A DNA stretch of 64,000 nt, from NCBI RefSeq assembly GCF_000711695.1, contig NW_013547017.1, positions 1-64,000 on the forward strand, in the 5' to 3' direction. The position numbers and the translations under genes are program-made. The notes beneath the pieces are model-generated. The model did no database searches, was not told the DNA's origin, and saw only the letters and a list, made by a program, of their open reading frames with translations. This document shows, piece after piece, positions 54,595 through 64,000 of this stretch. Positions within the stretch are counted from its first letter, which is position 1; every line of letters begins with the position of its first letter. This stretch comes from Tilletiaria anomala UBC 951. Lineage: Eukaryota.

Positions 54595-55911
54595 TCAAGC
54601 AGATGCCTTGCCGGTGGTCTTTCCGAGGTCCGTCATGACGTCCTTCGGCTCTACCTTGCCCTCGATAATCTGCTGCACGTCAGCTTTGATCTGGGTCCAG
54701 TCCTTGAACAGCCTATATGGGCTTCATGGGCGGCGAACGGAAACATTTAATCAGCACTTCTTTTCTAAAACGAAGGGCTGACGCTCGTATGGCGGTGCGA
54801 TTGTCAGCGATGCAAATGGACTCACTAGCCCTTGTTGTCGCAGTACTTTCCAAGGTCATTGTCCTTCTTGTCTTTGACAAAGAGGACATCCGCGTGCTGC
54901 GCAGCGGACATGTCCGAAATTCCGTCGCCAGCGAAGAAGAGCGTCGGTCGTTGTTCGAGCTCCCGGTACGGCTTGATGGACAGGCTCTTGTCGTGGCCGT
55001 AGTGGCTGAGAACGTGTGCAGGAGTTGAAGCTCGCTCGTCAGCATGTCATCCAATAGATTCCAGTCGGAAGAAGACCCTCGGTACCCACTTTTCCGGGTG
55101 CCTGTATACGATCTCCCAGGTGTTGCCCTTTCCCTCGGGATCAGTGAACATGACTTCGTTGGAGATGACGTCAATCTTGTCTGCCTCCTCTTGTCCGATC
55201 AGGTTGGAGAAAATGGCGCGAATAATGGGAGTCATACCAGAGGAGACGACAATAATAGGGATATTGTTTCCCTTGGCAAAGGAGTGGAACTCTTTGAACC
55301 CAGGGTCGAGGGTGACATCTACAGCCGCCAACAAGTTTAGCCAAAAGGGAATCAGAAGGCACAAAAGCCAGCCCAACAGTCCTTCGATTACATGCTGGGG
55401 GAAAGCTCACCTCGTCGGACCAGCTCTTTCATCTCATCAAAGGGCTTGTGTACAGACTCAATCATCTGCTTGAAGCCCTCGCGGTAAGAGACCTCCTCGC
55501 TGACGATCTTCTCGTTGATCTTTCTCCTCTCTATGTAGCCCATACCGCACGTGTCGACCATGTGGTCATTGGAATCCTGCAAGGGTTATGTGCGAGAGAG
55601 GCAAGCATGCGTATTGTCAGGTCGCTTGCGCGCCGAGTAACATGCCAATACGCAAACCTTACAAGGAGAGTGATGGTGCCATCGAAGTCTGTAAGGAATA
55701 CGTACCTGCAGGTAAAAGTGGAGAGGTCAACGATTGGCTTCAGCAGCACAGCAGAACGAATAGGGAATTCGATTGTTTTTGAGCTTTAATGCCCAACATA
55801 ATGTAGCGAGAATAGCCCCAGCTGCAGTACAGCCCGACCGGTGTCCGTCTTGGGAAAGAGTAAAATGACACGGAAGACTCACTTGGCGTCGGCGTATTTG
55901 AGGTGGGACAT
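54595..55911 (-). CDS. PYP1: HAD-superfamily phosphatase, Pyp1/YNL010W (MtnX-like) type; multi-exon
   Basis: YVFLTDFDGTITLLDSND (motif I), LDPGFKEF, IIVVSSGM (motif II), GHDKS (motif III), FFAGDGISDMSAA (motif IV). Confidence 0.85.
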
Positions 55912-56040
55912 GGTGGGCGACGTGGTCGAGGGCGGCGATGGTTCGCCCAAGGACAAGGGTGCAGGGGTTGGGTGGCGCGTGTGGTAGGAAAGGGGCCAGG
56001 CAAGTTTACAATGCAAAGAAACTGAAGGTGAAGGTGCCTG

Positions 56041-56050
56041 TATATATAAA
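56041..56050 (-). promoter_or_regulatory. TATA box upstream of the HAD phosphatase
   Basis: TATATA tract about 130 bp upstream of ATG 55911 in a GC-rich background. Confidence 0.5.
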
Positions 56051-56839
56051 GGCCGGACAATCTTCGTCGGTGGGAGGATGATGATCGAAATTCGACGACA
56101 CTCGCACACCTTCAACTCTCTCACATCCTCTGCGAGCGCGAGGTCGTGATTGGTTTGATCTTCGGGACAAGGGTTTGCGATCGCGTCGATCACTTCGCTG
56201 CCCATGCGGGCTGCGTGCTGGTACCGACCGCTGCACTTATCCGCTGGCACTCTAACTCTCGTACGAGAGATGACACAGTTCGTGGCTCGTGCTGCGTGCA
56301 CTGTTATCTCTCCCCAAACGCAGTCCCTCCAAAATTCACCGGATTTCACTTCATTTCACTTGACTCACTGAAGTTCGATCGAGCACCGTGCGCGCAAGGA
56401 GACCAACTTCTCTCACAGCACCGAATCTGGGGGTCCTTTTGCAACTCCTGGGCGCAATGTACGCGCGAAGAGGGCCGATGACGCTCGCCTTCCGCAGCGT
56501 GCAGCGTGCAGCCAGCAGTACCATGCTGGCATCCGCCGCTGTGACATTGAAGCAAGATGGCGGCTTCTTTTAATGTGAACTTTCAGAGTCGAGCGTCATC
56601 GAGCGCTGAGGCTTTCGCATTGCTTTCAAAAGAACCTTCGAGAATCGAGGTCGGTTCATAAGCAATATACAGCATACATGCCAGGTCGTCAGCGCATCAT
56701 TCCATAGCTTCACGATCCCATGTTGTCGTCAATGCCAGTCAGTATGATACAGTGAGAAGAACAAACAGCAGCGAGGAGGGTAGGCAAATGCGCGGGAAGG
56801 CACCCTCCAGGCAAGGGCGAATGTGGGGTGACGATGCAG

Positions 56840-58338
56840 CTAGGCGGCACGAAACCCTGCGCGTCTGTACTCCCAGTAGCGTGTACGCATCGGATCGGCA
56901 ATTTTGATACGTTTGATGATCTACCGCGCATCATTGGAGAAGCGCAACAAAAAGCTGCATCAGCGAAAAACTGCCGGTTTGGGTTGAACTCCATGCGTTG
57001 GGCGGCGCTTCTCACCTCTTCTGCCTCCGCTATCAGTCGTCGCGAACGAGTAGGACCGCAGGTGGTGAGTTCCAGCTCTGCCGAGTCGAGAAGCCATTCG
57101 AGCGCGAGTGGTACATCCTGGCCTCGCGCTTCTGGGACTTCTGGGATCAATGAGTGCGCAAATGCGTCCACCTCCTTTCGTATCTGTGTCGCTAGCTCCC
57201 GCCTCGCAGACGGCTGGCATGATCCGTCGGTGGACCCTCCAGGGGATCCATCGGAGAAGAGACGCTGCACAATTCCTCGTAGATAGTTCCAAGCGCTGCA
57301 GTTGTTTCTCGCGATGCGCAACTTCGACTGAACGTACTCGACTTCGCTGAGGACCATCCGCACCTCCGGTTCTAGCGCCGCCGCGTCTGGTGCTGCTGCT
57401 GCCGGTGTTGATGACGCTATTGTATCGTCGCTCGCGGCTCTGCCCGAGGCGAAGAGCGTAAAGAAGCGATGGTTCCATGCGCTGTTGTTCCGCAGGTCCG
57501 CGTCCAGCAGCATCTCTACATACGCCAGCTCGCCCGCCCAGACCGACCGGGCTGTCGCTCTCCGAATGGCCGTCATACTGCCGGAAACTGCTTCCTGCGC
57601 GGCATCATATCCTCTTTTGTCCGGAAGACCGCCAAAGTGGCACAGCACCCATTGCCTGTACGCCCAAGTATGATAGTTTTTGGCATCTTGGCTGAGCGTT
57701 TGCGCAACAAAGTACAGCTCGCGCGCTGCTGCTTGCTTCCACTCTTCCTCCTCCGCTTGGGCAGCTGTTGATGGCTGCGCGTCTGCTGTATGCGTGGCGT
57801 GCGACACAGCGACACACTTGCTCAACTCCGCAACGACCACTTTGCGATGTTGCCAGACTTGATAGTTTTTCATATTTTCCTTCGCTAGGACGTCCATAAA
57901 GTCTAGTTCCTGCGCCAGCCGTTCCCTCAATGAGGTCGAAAGTGGCAAAACGAACGCATCGTCAGTCATCGGCGCTTGGTGTGCTTCCGACTCCGAGAGC
58001 AGTATCCGCGCGCGAAAGGCCCATAAGCTGTAATTGGATGGATTGAGTCGAATCAGGTGCGTCGTCAGCGCCAGCGCCCGCGCGCTGTATTCAGGCTTAA
58101 GCGTGAGCGCTCGAAAGAGGTCCATCGCTTTGGAGTCTGTTAGACGTGCGATAATTTTCACAGGGAGCAGCAAGTCAATAGCGCATCCGGCTTGCGGCAC
58201 CGGGTCTTCCTGTTCCCGCTCACACTTGGGATCATACAAGATTGGACAAAGCGGTGAATCGCACTCCTGCTGATAGACAGGGCTGAGGTCAGCCCAGAGC
58301 GGGCTGCTGGCATCGAAAGGCGGCTGCGTGTCCACCAT
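56840..58338 (-). CDS. RAM2: Protein farnesyltransferase/geranylgeranyltransferase-I alpha subunit; 2 introns
   Basis: PPTA repeats NPSNYSLWAFR, MKNYQVWQHR, DAKNYHTWAYR, DLRNNSAWNHR, NNCSAWNYLRG; last exon ...ADPMRTRYWEYR...*. Confidence 0.92.
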
Positions 58339-59375
58339 GATCGCAAAGGCCGCAACAGAAGCGCACGCTTCTTTCTATCCTCTGCAATGCGGCGTCAATC
58401 GAGGAATGTGTCCTAGGGGCAACGACGCTACTCCACGCCAGCCAGGGCTTGACACGGATGGGCCTTCGTTGCAAGGCGCCTTTCGCTTTCTTTATATCCT
58501 GAAACCTGAATTCAAGGCTCCATAACACAGCCTTGCAAGCAAGTCGAAGCCGCCAGCGCGGAGAGCGCTCCTCTTTTTAATATAGCTTCAATGGGCACGT
58601 ATGGCGTGCATACCCTAAAGATGTGCACAAGGGGAAATGCACGAAGGCAATTAGAATGAGCAGCAGGCTTGCAGACGAGGCAACGGTGTAACCCTTCGCA
58701 AGCGGCGAGAAGTTGCGAGGAGAGATCGCGCTCGCCGTGGCGCGGCATTCGGTGCAATGAGATTCTGGCACGATCACATTACATAAGGACAATGCCCTGA
58801 GCATATCTGTCAAGTCTTGCCGTTTATTTCTATTCCTCCTTGTGACGAGCTGTTCTTTACGTTGTAATAATCCACCAACGCAGCGCAACACGAACCGATG
58901 GGCATGAGCGACGAACTCGGGAATAACAACATGGAGGCACGATATGTGTACTCTGGGTTACCGCCAGACTGTGAAGGCGCGATGCGCTGCTGTCGACGTA
59001 TATTGAGTGGTTGGCTGTGCGCGTCAGCAATTTCACATTCTGTGTTCATCCGCATCAGCAAGACAAAGTGGTTGGTGCATTCATTTGCTGTTCTCTGTGC
59101 TGACGTTGTCGATAGCCCCACAATCGACATCCTGCCGTTTGGTTGGTTGTTGGCATCACGCCGCGTGCGATCGCCCGTAAGCATGGCAGGGATAAAAAGT
59201 CGGGACTGTGCTGAACGTGAACAGCCGAGCGAATATACCCCTAAGCGCTGCAGCCGGACTACTCGAGGATAGTCTGGGCCTCCAGGGCACACTAGGTTCA
59301 GCAAGACTGCATTTGATGGCGGTCGATATGCCGCTCTCGAGTCTCAAAGGGTTGGCGCCGGACTGCAAGCCACCC

Positions 59376-59651
59376 TGAGTCATTCTGCTTTGCTCCAAGT
59401 GGAACCTGTAAAACAGTGGTACTAGGCTGACGGGGGAAGTGACTCATGATTACAAGCAACCCTAATTCCGTGAGAGGTTTAGAATCCGATAGCGGCGCCG
59501 TGCAACGATTTGACGTCGGGGCCGTGGGCCGAGCGGCTTGGCTTGAAAGGTTCCCGGAATGTTGCCCACTGGAGCACTGCTGATGTATGGGATGTGACTC
59601 AGCGCGCAACGCTCATCAGTCGTGCGAAAGCCGACGCTGAGACGTGACTCA
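59376..59651. promoter_or_regulatory. Cluster of four AP-1/Gcn4-type TGA(C/G)TCA sites
   Basis: TGAGTCA 59376-59382; TGACTCA 59440-59446, 59595-59601, 59645-59651. Confidence 0.6.
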
Positions 59652-60188
59652 GCTCTCACTTCCACGATCGCAGGCCCTGCAAGAAGCCGAGAGGCGGCAA
59701 GGAACAGGAGCAGCTAGGTTGGGGACTCGTCGCTTGTGCCATTGGATTGATTGAATTCGGCGCTCGCAAAGGTTGCAAGCCTCTTTCGGGGAACCAAATC
59801 CACCGATCCGCAGCCGCGAACCTACGTTCGAGTCAGCTGCGCACCGTCAAGCTGAAGCGCAAAGGGAACGTGTTATGACCAACAACATGAACAAAGTCAT
59901 CAAAGACTATCAGCTACAACAGCGCAGTTTTCCTGGCCTTCTCTTGCTACGCATTGTTAAAAAAATCGCTGAGCATAATGAAGACTGACTGAGCATTAAT
60001 GTGGAAACCGTCTATTTAATCAAGCTCGTCGTTGAAGACTGACCTGACCCTTCACCTACCCTCCTCCCTCAGTCACTCATCTTCTCACTCTCTATCCACA
60101 GCGCACTTGCACTGCAACAAGCTAAGCACCAGTCACCATACTGCACTCAACCTTGCTCGAATCAAGCACCCAACCCGCGTCATTCACC

Positions 60189-60806
60189 ATGGTCTCCCCT
60201 GATTACGCCAGCTCCAACCTGTCTGCCGAGACCCTCGTCTCGCCTACGAAGTTCAACAAGTCCGCCTCGCTCGCCCGCAGCGATCCCGCCGCCGGCCTAG
60301 CTATGATCCAGTCCATGTATGGTATGGGCAGCTCGCTCGCTTTCCCTGTTCCCAAGGGCATGAGTAAGGCGTCCAAGTCGGACAAGGAGAACCAGGGCAA
60401 GCTCCCGCGCTACTCGCCCAGCTCCTCTTCCGTCAGCTCGTCCAGCTCGACGTCTACCAAGTCAGATGAAAAGAGCATCTCCCTCTCCGCGGAGGACTTT
60501 ATGCGGATGTATGGCGTCAGCGGTATGCAGATGGAAGGAAGCAATGTCAACTCGCTGACGGGCTCTGCGCGCAAGTTCACCACCACCAAACGCCCGACTG
60601 CGTCTGCTGATTCGGTCTCCAAGAAGCAGCAAGCCGCTAAATTGAGCCAAGAGCAACTGCAATACCGCTACGGATTCAACAGCGGCTTCGCCTTTGTCGT
60701 ACCCAAGTTCAACACAGACGAGTCTAACGAGGGCGCGGAACAATCTCCCAAGCCCAAGGCATCCAGTCGCGGCTTCTCGAGCCTGTTCGGTCTCCGGAAA
60801 ACTTAA
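60189..60806 (+). CDS. Small intronless Ser/Lys-rich hypothetical protein (205 aa) with a three-fold 'helix-YG' motif
   Basis: caccATGg context after a pyrimidine-rich leader and TATTTAA near 60013; strong codon bias; motifs MIQSMYGMGSSLAFPVPK, DFMRMYGVSG, QLQYRYGFNSGFAFVVPK. Confidence 0.8.
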   Translation: MVSPDYASSNLSAETLVSPTKFNKSASLARSDPAAGLAMIQSMYGMGSSLAFPVPKGMSKASKSDKENQGKLPRYSPSSSSVSSSSSTSTKSDEKSISLSAEDFMRMYGVSGMQMEGSNVNSLTGSARKFTTTKRPTASADSVSKKQQAAKLSQEQLQYRYGFNSGFAFVVPKFNTDESNEGAEQSPKPKASSRGFSSLFGLRKT

Positions 60807-62058
60807 GCACCGCTCTGTCTACACGGCCTTTCATCTTTCAAAACCATACCCTCCACTGTCGTCTTAGGACCAACACAGGCGCCTTGTCAACTTCGCTCAC
60901 GGTCGCCACACCCACTTGATAGTGGCACACGTACACGTGAACCCCCGAACCGTCTGTGATAACAGCACAAGCGCGTGCGCCTCCGCCAGGTGGCATCAAT
61001 TCCAAAGTGTCAACCGCAAGCGGCTCATCGCACACTTCGATTGACACTACCTCTGCAACCACCATGGCATGCCATCTCCCTCACGTCTCTCTCTTTGGCT
61101 CGAGCTCAAGCAGGCCAGCACTACTCCGGTCTGGGCTGCTCACTGCTCGCTAAAGGCTACGATCTCTGGGAGCGGCTCCCGACTATCTTGCACGCTTTCA
61201 GCATCCGCAGATCTATCGATTGCGCACACTGCAAAGCCGCAAATTGTCATTGACGGCCACCACCACCATTATCCAAAAATACTACTTCTCACTTTCCTTC
61301 TTTCCTTTAGCTTCTGCTTTGTTTGGACTCTGTCGTTGTCTTTGATTTCATGACTCAGTCTCCTTGTAATCAGTGGAAGCTGCGATCGATGACCTTGAAC
61401 ACATAAAATATCTACTCTGCTTTTCCCTTTGCTTGTGCGCCCTTCCGGCGTGCTCGTCATCGTAATAGAGTTCCCCCTTGTTTATTCCGGGCAAGTATCC
61501 GCGTCAGCAAGGAATGCGAAATGTACAATACAGTCTAAGTGGTGCGAGAGATGTGAGATGGTGAATGAATGCTCCTGCCGTCCGTCCAAAGGTAAAGCAG
61601 CTCGTTTGTTTGATGTGTTTGCGTAATCTACATGTGTAACTCGAGTGACAAGATAGTATACATTGCAAAGTGCATGTACGCGCTGGCAGTTATACCTTGA
61701 CGCTAGAATGCAGAATCGTGAGAACTGAAGCAAGGCCCTTTTATTGGTGCGAGAAATGCAGGATGCCAGGTGTGTGATAGCCTAAAAACACGAGAATGCC
61801 GCGACGTGACCCGTGGCGCAATGATGACCCTGGTGCGGAGTACTGATGTTGGACGCGGTCGCCCGCGATACGCGTCAATACCCATGACGTGAAGGAAACC
61901 GCCTTGAAAAGGAGAGTGATTCTATAATGTCTAGATGCTGAAAAAATTGACCATGAGCTGCATGTGACCATGTATGTGCGAGAATGCTGATGTCGAAGCA
62001 GTGCTGGAGAGTCACGACTTTGTTTCTCCAATATCGCCAAGAAATGGGCGTAAGGGCT

Positions 62059-63124
62059 TTAACTGGTGTACATGTACCAGTACGCAAGGCCGCGCAGACT
62101 GCCGTTCGAGTTGAAGAAGCGGTTCAGCTTGGAGCCGTAGTTGTCGGGTGGCGTAGCAAAGCACCCGAACCACGAGACGCGGTCGACGTAGCCCAGCGAG
62201 TTGAGCCAGCGGATGGCGTTCATATGGAACGTCTTGACCTGGTCCTGCGTCCCGCCCGAAGCGGTTGTCACGCCAAGTTCGGTGACCCAGATTGGTTTGT
62301 TCGGGAATGCAGAGCGGACCTTCTGCACGTACGACTTGAAACTCGCCAGGCTCTTTGAATCAGAGCCGCCGTACCAGTGGATTGCAGTCACATCCCATTC
62401 CAACCCGTATTGTGATTTGAGGATCGAGGCAGTTTCTTGTAGCAGCTTGACATTCCAGACAATCTGCGGTGAGGTGATCTAATAAAGTAACGTAGCACAG
62501 CGCGGTACGATCGGCAGTGATGAGGACCCACGTATATACATTGTATTGGCTCGCCGGCGGGCCGGCCGGAATCACACTCACCTTCACGCCTTGCGCCTGG
62601 TACGGCGCCAAGCTTTTGGCCCACGTCGCTGCTGCGTCGGATGCGCCTTGGTTGGCCTGAGAGCTGACGTCGATCTCGTTCTGGGCGAGAATATACGCCG
62701 GGAGCCCGTTCTTGGAGAATTCAGCCTTGCGCTGCGACCATTGGGAGGATTTTCTGGGACCCCAGTAGCAGGGCACGTATTCTATAGCTTTGCTGCAAAC
62801 ACGGAATACGAACGCGTAAGAAACATTGGAAGCAAGAGCTGTCAGATGACTCCGTTCGTCAGGTGCACGCCTCTAGAGCGAACCGACTTGCCCATTGAGC
62901 ACCGTCAGCGGGCCGTCCTCCCAATGCCAGTACCAGTTGATCATGCCCTTCGCGATGGTGGGTGCCCAGCGAGAGTCTGCGGCCCACGCCAGGCCACGCT
63001 TGGTAGATGATGTTGTACCTCGTTCAGAAAGCGATGTTGCATTCGGAAGAAGGGTTGCGCCGGTACTCAGCGCCGCGGCGGTGATGGTCGCCACACCGGC
63101 AAGAAAGGAGCCGGAGAAACGCAT
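62059..63124 (-). CDS. Secreted glycoside hydrolase family 128 (Asl1-like beta-1,3-glucanase); 2 introns, the first GC-AG
   Basis: Signal peptide MRFSGSFLAGVATITAAALSTGA; KRGLAW, WYWHWE, EYVPCYWG, QNEID (acid/base), AIHWY, KPIWVTELG (nucleophile), YVDRVSWFG. Confidence 0.88.
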
Positions 63125-64000
63125 GATGAATGACTGACGAGCAAGAACAGAAGAGGGCGGATGGGTGGAGGCAGGCGAATAGGCTACAGGAGCTGGGAAG
63201 AAGAGGATGAAGCAACTGGAGAGCAACTGCTGCTGGAAAATGGAAGAATGAGATGAGGATAATGGACGACTCTGATGGACCATCGATGTTGTGCTTTATG
63301 TACAAATCCGACCATCGAACGTCATGTCGGCTTCTTGTGAGCGTCGCCCTAGTATACTGAGCGATGAATTGGAATAAACGGCAGCACTCCTTTTTGCTGT
63401 GCTCCCTAAAGATGGGCAGCAGACACGGCTGGCTAGACGATAAGCTGTACCGAGCTGAGGAAAATACTCCGACGCTGGTGTGGCAATGGCTGGACAGCCT
63501 AAAGTTTTGTTTGACATGTTGCGCATCAGGTATAAGCCGTGAGTAGGGCGCAAAAATGATATCAGGAAAACTATACGCATGCTGTATTCGAATCTCTATG
63601 CAGGCAGGCAGGTCTATGCAGATGCATGCCTGGGACATGAGAGGACAGACGCATGCTCAGTGATCGGATGAGAATTGAGAATGTTTGACTCGTGGTTGTG
63701 GTCGATTCAGACGAAATTCAGTAATTCACACTCTGCACTCGATTTGCACTTTGAGGGTATGGAGATGGAAGTTGCATAAAGGTGGATTCTAGCTTCAAGC
63801 TGCTCCCCTTGCTCTCACCCATCGCCGAAGAGTCGAGAGTCGAACCGAGTGCGAGCAGGTGCATGTTGCGAGCTGTTTGTCAATTTTTGGTCTTCTGTGA
63901 GGAAAAATGTCTTTGGTTGGGATAGATTGGGATTTGGGTCGTAGGATGAGGGAGCCGCGAGGACGAGATTCAAAAATTGAAAGCCACGGATCGCTTGAGG

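Noticed and set aside
58137..58225. Stop-free in-frame first intron of RAM2 ending CTAACAG (apparent fused branch/acceptor); similar in-frame intron in mL38
   Set aside because: Stop-free 3n introns are common by chance in GC-rich genomes, and an alternative branch site (TTGAC) lies upstream

Overview
This is eukaryotic, intron-rich, GC-rich fungal DNA. Gene content and splice signals (GTRAGT/GTRCGT donors, CTRAC branch sites, YAG acceptors) fit a basidiomycete, most likely a smut relative (Ustilaginomycotina); this placement is inference. About 18 protein-coding genes can be reconstructed by hand. In order they are: a partial ORF, a secreted dibasic-site repeat protein, a UBE2W-type E2, an unknown low-complexity protein with LxxQxTG motifs, acyl-protein thioesterase, 2-isopropylmalate synthase, a double-PHD MYST acetyltransferase, an Rbf1/Znf2-like 4-finger C2H2 factor, a STRAP-like WD40 protein, Atg11, mitoribosomal mL38, a ~1800-aa Ser-rich orphan, a DHX57/YLR419W-like DEAH helicase, mitochondrial 2-methylisocitrate lyase, a Pyp1-like HAD phosphatase, prenyltransferase alpha subunit, a small orphan with a triplicated YG motif, and a GH128 glucanase. 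I recognised no tRNA, rRNA, CRISPR array or intact transposon. The most interesting observations are the putative Kex2-processed polyprotein, four perfect TGA(C/G)TCA sites clustered upstream of the small orphan, and a possible Ark/Prk-regulated endocytic protein whose start codon is split by an intron. Also notable are 7-nt and 11-nt micro-exons, a GC-AG intron, and several stretches that look like decayed genes or spliced non-coding units. All gene calls come from motif recognition by eye, with no database search.
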